Shown here one piece after another: positions 1 to 16,668 of a stretch of DNA of 64,000 nucleotides. Origin of the DNA: the human T2T-CHM13v2.0 reference genome, Homo sapiens; assembly GCF_009914755.1 (NCBI RefSeq), contig NC_060932.1. The stretch is one strand, 5' to 3'. The position numbers and the translations under genes were made by a program. Below the pieces are notes generated by a model, which was given only the letters and a program-made list of their open reading frames with translations, made no database searches and was not told where the DNA came from. Each line of letters opens with the position of its first letter. Positions within the stretch are counted from its first letter, which is position 1.

Positions 1-40
1 TCCTTTCCTACTTTCTGTTGGATAATTTTTAGAATTCAGT

Positions 41-345
<305 letters not shown>

Positions 346-359
346 TAGAATTCAGTTTT

Positions 360-1915
360 AATTCATATGTTGGTTTTTTAGTCACAATTCTCTAGGTTTT
401 GTTTTGGTCTGGATGCTCTAAAAAAAGACTTGAAACAGTCTACTTAGAGTTAATACTGTATCACTTCAAGTAAAATGTTTAAACATTATTTGTATTTATC
501 TGTATATAAATCAACTTGTGATGCTCTTTATTTCTTCTTGAGGATTCAAATTTCCATCTGGTGTTATATTCCTTCAGCCAAGACTTCCAGCCTGAACTTC
601 CTTTAGCAAATGTTGTAGCGTTACATCTGTGGATACTAGTCTGTTTCACCTTTATTCTTAATGGACTTTTTCACTGAATGTAGAATTCTCAATTGACAAT
701 TTTTTTTTCTTTCAGTACTGTGCCTGGCCTCCATAGTTTTGATTGCAAAGTTAACATGAATTCAAAATCCTTGATTTCTTGTATGTAATATGCCATTTTT
801 CTTTGGCTACTGTCAAGAATTTGTCTCTCTTTGTTTACAGCAGTTTGACTGCATTGTGCCTAAGGATGGTTTTCTTTGTATTTATCCTGCTTGGGGTTTC
901 TCTATGCTTCCTTAATCTGTAATTTTATGTTTTCACCTAATTTGGGAAATTTCTTCCAATATTTCTTCTGCTCCATTCTCTCTTCTCTTTTTCAGATTCC
1001 ATGTAGACTTTTTGATATTGTCTCAAAATTCGCTGAGGCTCTGTACATTTTGTCAATGTTTGTTTTTCTGTATTCTTCATATCAAATAACTTCCATTGAA
1101 CTAGGTTCAGCTTCATGTACTCTTTCTTTATTGCCTCACTCTACTATTAATCTCAGTCAGTTTCTACTTCAGACATTGTATTTTTCAGTTATAGAATTTC
1201 TATTTTTAGTTCTATTTCTGAGCTGAGTTTTCTTGTTTTTTCATTTATGACAGGTGTATTTCTTATTATCTCATTGAACATCACTATTGGATCGCTATTT
1301 TAAAGTTCTTGTTTGCTTATTCAAACGTTTGAGTCATCTCAGGTTTGGTGTCCATTTTCTCTTGAGAATAGGTCATTTTCCTTGTTCTTCCTACGGCAAG
1401 CAATTTTGAAGTACGTCCTGGACATTGTGAATGTTTCGTTGTAGATACTCTAGATTTGGTTATAGTCCTTCAAAGAGTGTTGACATTTTTGTTTTAGTAA
1501 GCATTTAACTTGGTTTGACTCAGATTGTATGTTTTTCTCTTAGGTAGCAGTTCAAAGTTCATTTCATTTATTTTGTTCTTTGCTGGGCCACTTGCAGTCC
1601 ACTTCATACTGCCCTCTGGTTCTTCAGGCCCAGAAGTCTGGTTTTTCCTACCTGAGGTTTAGACTCTCTGCATGATGCTGATTGTGATACATTCTCAGGC
1701 TAAAAACCATAAAAAAACAGAAACACTCTCATTCTGGTCCATTTTCCAAGTGTCAGCTCCCCTCTAGGATAATCCTAGTTTTGTTCACTTTATAAGGCCT
1801 TCAAGTAGTTTTTATTTTTGTTTTGTTTGTATTTTTTCCAGAGTTTATAATTATCTGCAGGAAAGTCAACATGGTAGAAGCTTGCTTGTCCATACCAGAA
1901 GCTGAATTCCCTGTC
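360..1915 (-). mobile_element. Degraded old L1M-type LINE fragment
   Basis: T-rich sequence resembling antisense L1M 5'/ORF1 region; judged by eye only. Confidence 0.45.
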
Positions 1916-2045
1916 TTTAATATCAAACATTTCTAGTTTATAAACCCTTAATCATATAAAAAGATATAATATTTCAGAAGATTTCCAATTTCAATCTTTT
2001 TTATACTGAACTTTTAACAAATTTTGTTGGCTTTTTAAATTTTAG

Positions 2046-2239
2046 ACTTCTAATTCAATAGATAACGTTCTTGAGAAAGACCCCAGACCAAAAAGAGACA
2101 CAGATATAACTTCTGAAAGTGACTATGGAAACAGAAAAGAATGCAATAGAAAAGTTCCTCGAAGATCAAAAATCCCTTATGATGCCAAAACCATTCAAAC
2201 TATTAAGCACCACAATAAAAACTACAACTCTTTTGTAAG
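2046..2239 (+). CDS. LRRCC1: LRRCC1 internal coding exon (first in window, probably exon 7)
   Basis: tttag| ... AG|gtactt; 194 nt, TSNSIDNVLEKDPRPKRDTDITSESDYGNRKE...NYNSFV; phase matches next exon. Confidence 0.9.
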
Positions 2240-2452
2240 GTACTTGTTTTAGTTTTAGAAATTTAAGGCACACAGAAGTTAATAATGCTGGCTTCTCTCT
2301 TGAAGCTATCTCTTGGTGATATTTGTTACTTTACTAATGTTGAAGATTTGATTTTTCAGCCTTGCAGGTTCTGATCTGGTCAGTACATTCATGTAAATGT
2401 ATATAAAAGGATCCTTTTCTCTGTGTCTGTACCTAAGTTGCAAAATTAATGT

Positions 2453-2574
2453 ATAAACCTGAAGATATCTCATACTATAAAGAATACTGACTTTAGAACT
2501 GGAATACCTTAGTTTAATCTAGGTTTAGTTCAATCAAAAACAATGTATGTGGTTTTAGTTTAATTTGAACTAAT
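2453..2574 (+). repeat. Dispersed intronic duplication A, copy 1
   Basis: Direct ~120-nt match to 5494-5610 (ataaacctgaagata...aatactgactttagaactggaatac...caatgtatgtggttttagttt.atttgaactaat). Confidence 0.92.
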
Positions 2575-3424
2575 AACATTAGTTCAAATTCCACTGCATT
2601 CATTTACAGTGGGAAATAAGACTAGTACACCTGAGTCTACATGACTAGCCTTTTCTCTCTTTGTAGGCAGATCTAGATGGAAAGTCAAATCCTAGTCAGA
2701 TGATACTGAGTTTAGGATTAAATGTGAATAAGATGATTGTGTTTAATGCCATAAGGACAAGGGAGACCAATATCTGTACTTTCATAATTGGGATCACCAT
2801 GACAAGTGGTTCAGAAATGACTACTCTGGGATGGTTACAGTAAACTTTTGCCTCTGTAATTCTCCTTTTGCAAAGCATATTTTGTTGTTTTGTTGTTGTT
2901 TAATTCTTCCATACCTACCCAATTACATTTTACATGTATATATACCCACACACACAGAGGCATTCAGTTCACTTCAAACACTGTACTTTTTTCCAGGACA
3001 TACCCTGGAATTTCTTTGGTCCTACCAAGTGATAGAATCTATTAACTTTGATCCATTGTATGTCGATTTTAAACTTTTAACTCTCAAAGAGTAGTTCTAT
3101 TTACTGTCTTTTCAAGTTCTTGGGTATCATCTTACCACAGTACTTTTTAAATTATTCTGATATATCCAAGAATTCTACCCTACCTGAAAATGTTGAACCC
3201 TGAACATTTATGAAATCATTATCTTTTTTAAAATCTTAAGGCACTCATTAATCAACAGAGCACACCCATTATAAAATTTATGAAGCAGTTTGTCCAAGTT
3301 ACTATAATTTTATTAATATTCTTTTTAAAAAGCTGTTTGCATATACAACTAGAAATGTTAATTTAGAGAAAAGTAATGTGAACACTACTTTTTTGAGTTA
3401 TTTTCTATGTTTCATTCTTTACAG

Positions 3425-3572
3425 TTGTAATCGTAAAATGAAACCACCTTACCTTAAAGAATTATATGTAAGCTCATCTTTAGCAAACTGTCCTATGTTA
3501 CAAGAATCAGAAAAGCCAAAGACTGAAATAATTAAAGTAGACCAAAGTCACTCAGAAGACAACACTTACCAG
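3425..3572 (+). CDS. LRRCC1: LRRCC1 coding exon
   Basis: ttacag| ... CAG|gtatga; 148 nt, (S)CNRKMKPPYLKELY...SEDNTYQ. Confidence 0.92.
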
Positions 3573-4024
3573 GTATGATTTAAGAGTTAAAGAAAAAATG
3601 AGTATGAATAATTTTAAATACAGAGTCCCAGAAAAATTATGCATGCTTTTATTAGCAAAAAGTGTTTGAATTTTATTGGAGTGATGAAAATGGGTTATTT
3701 TTTCCTTCCTGATTTCCAGATTTTATGTAATGTTATTTTTGAAAGAATGAAAATTACATTTTTTTATGATCAGATTTAAGTGAAATCATTTGTTACATGC
3801 TTCTGGAGGAAGAAACAGTTATGAATTTTTTAATTCTTATTCCTTAAGGTAGTGCTTCCTACTTTTTTTGGGTGTCAGACCCTTTTCAGTATCTAAAAAA
3901 ATTTACAGGTCTTCTCAAAGAAGCCTATTTTTACACTCAAAAAAATGTATATATTTCAAGGTTTTCATGGACTTTCCTGAAACTCAATTTTGGACCACTG
4001 GATCCCAGATTAAGAGGTGTTCAA

Positions 4025-4338
<314 letters not shown>

Positions 4339-4558
4339 TCAAAAATGTTTTAATTCTTTAAAATTTGCTTAACATTTCTCATGTTGAGAAACTTCAGTAC
4401 TTGTGGTTTCATTATTTTATATTTTTCATTAACTTCCCCTTATATTACTTGTGTATTGTTCTTTCAATAATAGAATTGGTACATTTTAGGCTACTGGTTT
4501 CCTCCCCTTATTCTCAACTATAGAGGCTTTAATATTGAAAAATAATAATTATCATTAT

Positions 4559-4823
4559 GACTTTGGACACACTTCATCTTTCTTCTTACTTAACCTATTG
4601 TGCCTGTGTTTCCCAAGTTACATATTCATTTTTCTCATGAAAAATCAATCTTTTCTGATTCAACCCCCGCCCCAAGTTTGTTCGAGATTAGATCCTTACC
4701 AATCTTTATATTCCCTTGCGTGCCTTGGTAAGGACTCTGTTTCCTTAATACAGAGTCTGGCATGTGGGTGCCATGCTATGAGTATATACTATTTCAAAAA
4801 AGGAATCTTATCTACTATGGCAT
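4559..4823 (+). repeat. Dispersed intronic duplication B, copy 1
   Basis: Colinear ~265-nt match to 6944-7240. Confidence 0.93.
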
Positions 4824-5310
<487 letters not shown>

Positions 5311-5330
5311 ACTTTGTTGTTTTCTTTCAG

Positions 5331-5479
5331 TCCCTTGTTGAACAGCTAGACCAAGAGAGAGAGAAGAGATGGAGAGCTGAGCAAGCCGAAAATAAACTCA
5401 TGGATTATATTGATGAGCTGCATAAACATGCAAATGAAAAAGAGGATATTCATAGTCTGGCTCTACTTACCACAGATAG
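5331..5479 (+). CDS. LRRCC1: LRRCC1 coding exon
   Basis: tttctttcag| ... AG|gtaaaa; 149 nt, SLVEQLDQEREKRWRAEQAENKLMDYIDEL...LTTD. Confidence 0.93.
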
Positions 5480-5493
5480 GTAAAAAGAAATTA

Positions 5494-5610
5494 ATAAACC
5501 TGAAGATACCTCATAGCATAAACAATACTGACTTTAGAACTGGAATACATTAGTTTCAGTGTGGTTCAATCAACAACAATGTATGTGGTTTTAGTTTGAT
5601 TTGAACTAAT
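5494..5610 (+). repeat. Dispersed intronic duplication A, copy 2
   Basis: Matches 2453-2574; begins ~15 nt after the exon donor. Confidence 0.92.
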
Positions 5611-6943
5611 TTTATTAGACAATTTAGCACTTTATTAGCTTGTTATATCAACAAGAAATTCAGGTACATGTATTTGAGCCCTCAAGCAGGAAGGTGTCAG
5701 ATAAATATTATAAGTAAAGAACAGCAAGAGACTAGAGCAGTGATTAACAAACTTTATGTAAAGTGCCAGATTCTGTAAAGGGCAGGCATTGGCAGCCTTT
5801 TTCTTTAAGCTTCATGGGTCATATTTGATCTCATCACATACTTATCTTCTGCAATGGGCTTTTGTATCATATAGCCCAGTTTCTTAATTCTGATGTTTTT
5901 ATTCTATCCTCACCATTACGTCTCCCATTTTATCTGGGTTTTTTGTTTTGTTTTGTTTTGTTTTGTTGTATTGCATTCTTTAATACAGGTCTGTCATTTC
6001 ATTCTGTGAAAATACCAGTTTTTTAAATTACAATAACTTTTTTTCTTCTGTTTCCTGTAATTATTTCTAACGTCATGCTTTTCCTCAAATGATTATAACA
6101 TGTTTAGAGTTTCTTATGGTTTCTTACCCTTGAATGAGCACTAGGTTTTTAGACTTGACATTTGCTAACACACTTTGGGAAGTTGCTCTTGGTTCCATTT
6201 CTTGTCTGATTGTGCAGTGGATAATTCCCCTTCTAAAATCTGATTTGGATAAGTTGATGTACACAGTTCACAGCCCAGTTCCCGATTTCTTTTAGGCACT
6301 TTTGTGATACTGACGTGGTGTTTTCTACCCCACTGCATGTTTCTCTGATAGGTTGTACCTGTGGAGTATAAGGACAATTCTAATACGCAACATGCATGCT
6401 ATGAGAACCTCTATAATTATAAAGCTGTGATGCGTTATGTTATCACTAGCCCTTCTACCACTACCCACCAACTTCCTGCCTTATTTGTGTTTTATAAATG
6501 TCTGTCTGAATTGACACAAGAAGCTACTGGGTATGGATGAGGGAACAGGATGTCTCAATTAAGAGTGCTCTGACTACCTCAGAAAAACAGCACTCCTGCT
6601 TTCAGTAAGTGCATGAGTAACCAACATTATGTAGTGACAGATTTATAGAGATCTTGTGACTGAGTCATGGACAGATAGTAGAAGAGAAAAGATATGTCTT
6701 CCTTTTTTCAGAATGGAGCAGTTTCATGAGGCAAAGCCTGAGTGTTGTAGGAGTTGTTTTTAATTTCAATTTAGTTCCATTTGCCTTGTAATTGAAATTA
6801 TTCCCAAATTTTGGCATTCTCTTATCCTTTGTTTTCAGTTATATGTGTATGAATTTTTACTTTATTCTGTATTCTAGGTATTTAGTGGGATATTAGAGGA
6901 CGCTGTGTCTAGGGCTGCTAGCCAAAGTCCATTTAAACTGGAA

Positions 6944-7240
6944 GACTTTGGGCACACTTTATCTTTCTTCTTACTTAACCTATTGTTGTGCCCGTGTTTC
7001 CCAAGTTATGTATTCATTTTTCTCATGAAAAATCAATCTTTTCTGATTCTTCTTTTATCTGTGCCACCCCCCCACCCCCCCCACCACCACATGTTTGTTT
7101 GAGATTAGATCCTTACCAATCTCCCTGTTCCCTTATGTGCCTTGGTAGGGACTCTGTATCCCTAATGCAGGGTCTGGCATGTGGGTGCCATGCTGTGAGT
7201 ATATACAATTTCAAAAAATGAATCTTACCTACTATGGTAT
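6944..7240 (+). repeat. Dispersed intronic duplication B, copy 2
   Basis: Matches 4559-4823, with a longer C-rich central tract. Confidence 0.93.
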
Positions 7241-7821
7241 CTTTATTATCCAAACCTCCTTGATGACCAGATCTGTTCATCTAATTATCTACTAAAAATG
7301 CCTTGCCTGTATTCCTCATAAGTTTCTTAAGATCACCATGGCCTCAGGTGGATTCATTCTTCTTCCTTATTTTATATTTCTTGCCCTAATAAATGGTGCC
7401 CCATCCAGCATCCAGTCAGTCACCAAAACTATAGAAATCTAGGAATCTTTGTTTTTTGCTTCCTTTCTCTTTCTCCTATCCCACAACCAGTTGATATTAC
7501 CATCTTTATTGATACTTTTATTCATCAATTGATATTGATATCATCTTAAAAGATGTTGAACTATCTCCTCTGTATCCCAAAACTGTTACCTTTCTTTAGG
7601 CCCTTAACTGTTGCTTAGATGATTGTTCCATTTCTGTTTCTCTGTGGCTTTCCCTGCCCCTACCCATATACAGTCTAGCACGCTTTCATATAGCATATCA
7701 AACAGGAGTTGAGAGCATGAACAAAGGAAGACCAGTTCAGAGAGTACTCTCATTGAAGTCAACAATTTTATCATTTTTATATGTGTAATATACTTAACAC
7801 CACATATAACTTCTGCTTTAG

Positions 7822-8026
7822 GCTAAAGGAAATTATTTTTAGAGAGAGAAATTCCAAAGGACAACTCGAAGTTATGGTTCACAAACTTCAAAATGAAATT
7901 AAAAAACTGACTGTTGAACTAATGAAAGCAAAAGATCAACAAGAGGATCACCTTAAACACTTAAGAACCCTCGAAAAAACATTAGAAAAAATGGAGAGAC
8001 AAAAAAGGCAGCAGCAGGCAGCACAG
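7822..8026 (+). CDS. LRRCC1: LRRCC1 coding exon (coiled coil)
   Basis: ctttag| ... CAG|gtattt; 205 nt, (R)LKEIIFRERNSKGQLE...RQQQAAQ. Confidence 0.93.
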
Positions 8027-8565
8027 GTATTTCTCTATTTTAATATATGAGTAGCACAGATTAACACAAATTCATAGCTTCTATCGTGAAACAAATTATA
8101 CTACCTAGAAAACCTAAAAGATGTAAGGCCATATGCAAAAATTAAATTGCTGTTAATTTAACGGTCACATAGCCTGTTGAATTATGTCTAAATTAAGACT
8201 ACTAGCTCTTAACACAAAGCAATTAAAAAGAAAAGTTGATGGAAATGTTGCAGGTAGTTAGGCTTTTATTCTGAGAGAGCTGGCTTTTTAAAAGGCTTTC
8301 AGGTGATTGAAGGAATTTCATTTTCATGCTTTCTGAATGGAAATTATCATTAAAATCTGTGATGCAAATAAGCAATAGTTAATGCTAGTGTATTTGTTCC
8401 TTCCAAGGCTGCACTTTGTGTGACTGTAACATCATTAATTTATTAAAGTTTGAAAATCAACTTAGTCACCGGACACTGTCATTTAAAAGGTACTTATGGA
8501 AACTGACATTAAAATAGCAGGGGAGACTATTATCTAAATAATGTAATTGTGGGTATTTTACTCAG

Positions 8566-8705
8566 ATAAGACTGATCCAAGAGGTGGAACTCAAAGCTTC
8601 AGCTGCCGATAGAGAAATATACTTACTTAGAACTTCCCTTCATCGAGAAAGAGAACAAGCGCAACAACTTCATCAACTTCTTGCATTGAAAGAACAGGAA
8701 CACAG
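8566..8705 (+). CDS. LRRCC1: LRRCC1 coding exon
   Basis: actcag| ... AG|gtaaat; 140 nt, IRLIQEVELKASAADREIY...KEQEH. Confidence 0.93.
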
Positions 8706-8709
8706 GTAA

Positions 8710-9087
<378 letters not shown>

Positions 9088-9390
9088 CCCACCACCAGTA
9101 TTTAAAGATAGTGATTGAGCATTGGTGAAGTCTGACAGAATTAGTTAGTGGAAAATGCCGTGTTCATGTATGTATACATTAGAATCAGCCCTATAGCAAG
9201 AACTAGTAGCTAAAAAATGAATAGGTGCCTTTGTTATCAGCATTTGAGGTATAGGTTTATAACAATATAGCTTATTGTTCATTTCTTCAAACCCAGCCAA
9301 AAGTTGGTCTTTATATAGAGAGAAAATTTTTAATTGACCCCCAAGTTAATTAATTAGTAAATTAATCAGTATTCTTTATTCCTCTGAAGG

Positions 9391-9596
9391 AGGGGTCAGT
9401 GAACTTTTTCTGTAAAGGGTCACATAGAAAATATTTCAGGCTCTGCAGGCCATACCTAACTTTGCCTTTGTAGCACAAAAGTAGCCATAGATAATACATA
9501 AATGAACGGCATGGCTGTGTTCCAATAAAAGTGTATTTACAAAGAAAAAGGCAGTAGGTCACATTTGGCTGATGGGCTGTAGTTTCTCAACTCTTG
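9391..9596 (+). mobile_element. MER58A hAT-Charlie DNA transposon fossil
   Basis: aactttttctgtaaaggg...gccatagataata...ggctgtgttccaataaaa...gggctgtagttt matches recalled MER58A consensus. Confidence 0.8.
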
Positions 9597-10405
9597 CTCT
9601 ACAGAATCTGTAATAATTTCAACATTTTCAGTTTATCTATTTCAGTTATCTATTTACTATCCTACCAGTGAAATTGTATGATTATCATATGTTAATTGTA
9701 TTTATTCCGAAACCTGTTTTGTTTTGTGTCTACATAAATTTTGGTGCTCTGGGGAAAATTGTTATCTTGTATAGATGAGACAATTATAAAAGATTGGGGG
9801 AAAATAATCACAAAAATCTAGAATTTTGTACTTTGTTTCCTTTACAGGAATTTTGTACTTAGTTTCCTTTACTTAGTTTCATTCCAGTTTAAAGAAACCA
9901 AAAACTGGAAATAATGGGTTTCACATTATGAGTTTGAGTAATGCAAGAAAAGTAGTGGAGAACCGTAAAGAATGAACTAACTGGCCCAATATCAAAAGAT
10001 TAGTAAATAATTTTACACTTTAACTGACTTTTTCTATTAACAAACCACCAGTGCTAATCAGACTGTATTTATTGCAAGTCAAAGACTCGGCCAAAGTAGT
10101 AGATACAGTGAAGCATCTTATGCAAATGCATCTGAAGAATTTCTGAAGCCATAGAATGATTCTGAACTATCTCATGAAGTTAAGATTTGACATACTTCCC
10201 TTATCTCCATCACTATTAAATACACAATCAAATAAAACTCATATTATTTGTACCTATCTATGCCCAATTACTGCGTTTGAAAGTGAGAGGCTGATACTGA
10301 ATTAACAATACTGAATATAGAATATTAAGAACTACGTAAAGACCTTTAAAATGTTTCTTTTCAGGTGAGTATCATCCTTTTATCTTTATATGTTTTTCAC
10401 TCCAG

Positions 10406-10607
10406 GAAGGAACTTGAAACAAGGGAGTTTTTTACTGATGCTGACTTCCAGGATGCCTTAGCTAAAGAAATAGCCAAAGAAGAGAAAAAGCATGAGCAAA
10501 TGATAAAAGAATACCAAGAGAAAATTGACGTGTTAAGCCAGCAGTATATGGATTTAGAAAATGAATTCCGTATTGCTTTAACTGTTGAAGCCAGAAGATT
10601 TCAAGAT
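10406..10607 (+). CDS. LRRCC1: LRRCC1 coding exon
   Basis: actccag| ... GAT|gtaaga; 202 nt, (R)KELETREFFTDADFQ...EARRFQD. Confidence 0.93.
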
Positions 10608-10870
10608 GTAAGAATTGGCACCCAGCTTTTTATTGAAAACAGAATCAGTAAGATATGGTTTGATGAGAGGACTTGTTTTAGAAACATAGCTGTATTAAAT
10701 GTTGGCTTCATAATCTTAAGTAAAATATATAAATTCTTAGAGGCCTTAGTTTCCTCAAATAAATAATAGCTACTATTTACTGCTCTTGCAAAAACTAAGT
10801 AAGATTATAAATGTTATAGAGCACTGGAATAGGAATCTGAGAACCTGAATTCCCTCCTATTACTGTAGAG

Positions 10871-11422
<552 letters not shown>

Positions 11423-11449
11423 GCTATAGAGGAATAATTGTGCTCCTCT

Positions 11450-13254
<1,805 letters not shown>

Positions 13255-13481
13255 CAAATAAATGATTTCTGGCTTTAGATTTGTCACTAATTCCCTGGGT
13301 CACTTTAGGCAAATATATAATCATCATCCTGGATCTCTGTTTCATCATCTGGAAATTACTAGATTGAAACAGATTATCTTTAAATCTTATTCTTTTGCTA
13401 AAACTGTGATACTATTTCCAGAAGCAAATATTTTCTAATTATTTGGAGAACTGCTATTTATAATACAATTTTGGAATATAG

Positions 13482-13667
13482 GTTAAAGATGGTTTTGAAA
13501 ATGTTGCAACTGAGTTAGCAAAGAGCAAACATGCTCTTATTTGGGCTCAACGAAAAGAAAATGAGTCTTCCTCTTTAATTAAAGATCTGACCTGTATGGT
13601 AAAGGAACAAAAAACAAAACTGGCAGAAGTTTCTAAATTGAAACAAGAAACAGCAGCAAATTTACAG
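13482..13667 (+). CDS. LRRCC1: LRRCC1 coding exon
   Basis: aatatag| ... CAG|gtaaga; 186 nt, VKDGFENVATELAKSKHALIWAQ...TAANLQ. Confidence 0.93.
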
Positions 13668-14422
13668 GTAAGACTTTGCAACATTATATGTTTTAAAATT
13701 TTTTTACATTATTTTCTCAAGTGGGTTGTGATAAATTTAGGAAGTACACGAAAGGAACTTTTAAATGATACTAATTATATATTGCATATAAGAAAAATAG
13801 TATAACTAAAGAAATTAAGCTCATGATTTCACAAATTGTATTGCTCATGAGATAGCAATTAGGTAAAATAAGTAAATTAGTTTTAAGAAACATGTTCAAT
13901 TAAATAGGTGCCAGTAGTATAGTGATACAGCAAAAATTGTGGAAGTGATACTCAAATGGTTAAAGTTTGGGAAGCACCACTTGGATTGCTGGTATTAATT
14001 TTGTGGTGGTGATGCTGGTGGTTTTAGATATACTTAGATGTAATAATCATTAAATTAATGTCTTTATTGCTGTTGTCTCAATTTTAAACATTAATGCTAT
14101 TTTACCCAAAATTTGTTTCTGGAAAATGACCTTTAACACTATTGATATAAATGCTCGTGAAAAATTTTGAGTATTACAGGTATAGTTTCTCTTTAACAAT
14201 TTTAGAATAAAATTCAGATTGTTTAAAGGAGTGGTATCTTAAATTCGACTGTTTATTTCATGACCTACATTTGTCTTTAGTAAAACTAAAACTTCTGATG
14301 TAAAATTTGGTAATATTTACTTGTATTTGCTTAAATAACATTTTTTCTCATTATAAGATGGAAAAAATAGAAAATAAAGCACTTAATATAATAATTCTTA
14401 TTTTTTTTTTGGGAATATACAG

Positions 14423-14597
14423 AATCAAATCAACACCCTTGAAATTTTAATTGAAGATGACAAGCAGAAGAGTATTCAAATAGAACTTCTCAAGCACGAA
14501 AAAGTCCAGCTTATTTCTGAGCTAGCAGCCAAGGAATCACTAATATTTGGTTTAAGGACAGAAAGAAAAGTATGGGGACATGAGCTGGCACAACAAG
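14423..14597 (+). CDS. LRRCC1: LRRCC1 coding exon
   Basis: atacag| ... G|gtaaaa; 175 nt, NQINTLEILIEDDKQK...VWGHELAQQ. Confidence 0.93.
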
Positions 14598-14912
14598 GTA
14601 AAATTCTCAGATTTTCAAAGGGAAAATAGCTTATTCTTATAAATGAGCAAATCTGGGTATTGGAGAGAAAAAGACTCAACTCTGCCTAAAGATGCCAAGA
14701 AAAAAGGTGACCCTTTATCTGGAAGGATAAGTAGGCATTTGCCAGCTACAGGGGAATGAAGACCTCTTAGGAAATGAGAAATAGTTTATTACACCAATGA
14801 AGAAGTTATGGCTCTGGTTTTTTAAATTTTGTTTCCCATGATAATTTGACTACTATTCTGAACCATGGGTGCTTTTACAAATCAGCATCTGAATATATTG
14901 TTAAAAATAATT

Positions 14913-15227
<315 letters not shown>

Positions 15228-15468
15228 TGATTTTAAGTTATTTGTACAGTATACACATTTAATTTTCTTTTCTGATATATGCAACATTTATTGTGCATGC
15301 ACAAATTAAAATATTATATAAATGAAAACTATTTTTTAGTAAATCCTCAGTTTCATTCCCTTTCCAATCATTGTAAAGCAAGAGATATATACTGGTTTCT
15401 TTTGTTTTGTTTTGTTTTGTTTGCATTCACAGATACCTTTAAAATTATGAATAGCTAGATATTTGGTC

Positions 15469-15760
15469 TTTTTCTTTTGAGACAAGTCTCACTCTGTTGC
15501 CCAGGCTGAAGTGCAGTGGTGTGATCTCGGCTCACTACAACTCCACCTCCCGGGTTCAAGCAATTCTCCTGCCTCATCCTCCCCAATAGCTGGGATTACA
15601 GGCATGAGCCACTATGCCCGGCTAATTTTTTTGTATTTTTAGTAGAGACAGGGTTTCACCATGTTGGCCAGGCTGGTTTCAAACTCCTGACCTCAAGTGA
15701 TCTGCCCACCTCAGCTTCCTAAAGTGCTAGGATTACAGGAGTGAGCAGCTGCACCCAGCC
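15469..15760 (-). mobile_element. AluS-type SINE
   Basis: Alu consensus; TSD agatatttggtctt. Confidence 0.92.
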
Positions 15761-16097
15761 AAGATATTTGGTCTTAATGGAGCATTCCTTATTTGTTCAT
15801 TCTCTGTAGGAATTTTTAATATGCTCTTGTTTGTTTGAATGTCATAACATGAATTAATATTACATATCTGAGTTACTTGTTCTCAACTTTATTTGTGGTT
15901 TCAGGTTTTGAAATAACCACAAGTGTTTAAGAGGCCTTTTTGTTTGCTTCCCCTTTCCTCTTCATATTGTACTATTATAAGCTATGTTTCTTTATTTAGT
16001 TTTTTTATTATTATTATATTACAGTTTGTTAGAGTTTAATAAGATACAAACCCCCAAGGTGTTTCAAAGTATGTAATTGATGATTTTTGTTTCTTAG

Positions 16098-16261
16098 GAT
16101 CTTCTCTAGCCCAAAATCGTGGAAAATTGGAGGCTCAAATTGAGAGTTTATCTAGAGAGAATGAATGTCTGCGAAAGACAAATGAAAGTGATAGTGATGC
16201 ATTAAGAATAAAGTGCAAAATCATAGACGACCAAACTGAAACTATTAGAAAATTAAAAGAT
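16098..16261 (+). CDS. LRRCC1: LRRCC1 coding exon
   Basis: ttcttag| ... GAT|gtaagt; 164 nt, (G)SSLAQNRGKLEAQIESL...IRKLKD. Confidence 0.93.
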
Positions 16262-16668
16262 GTAAGTTTGACATTTTATTTTGGTTAAAGAGCAAATGGC
16301 AGGTTTGCAAATCTTTGGATCAAAGTATCCAAAAGCTGTTTTTCAGTGTTTTCCAACTGTTGTAAAATTTGGGGTAGATATCATGCATTTCTTTTTATAA
16401 TATTTGCCCTTTTGCTCTTAAAAAGTTCTACATGATATTTATTAATTTGGAATGAACTTTATACTTCAGAATTTAATGGAGAATCTTATTATGGCCTTTG
16501 GAATAACTGGAAATACCCAATGTCAATTAAGGGTTAGGAGTCACAAGAAAATGAACATTTTATATGTTTAAAATATTATTTTAAAGGATAAATTAAACCA
16601 TATCTAATTAACCAGAATATGAAGCATTTAAAGTTAATAAAAACAAAGTGCCAATTTTTTTCTTAAAG

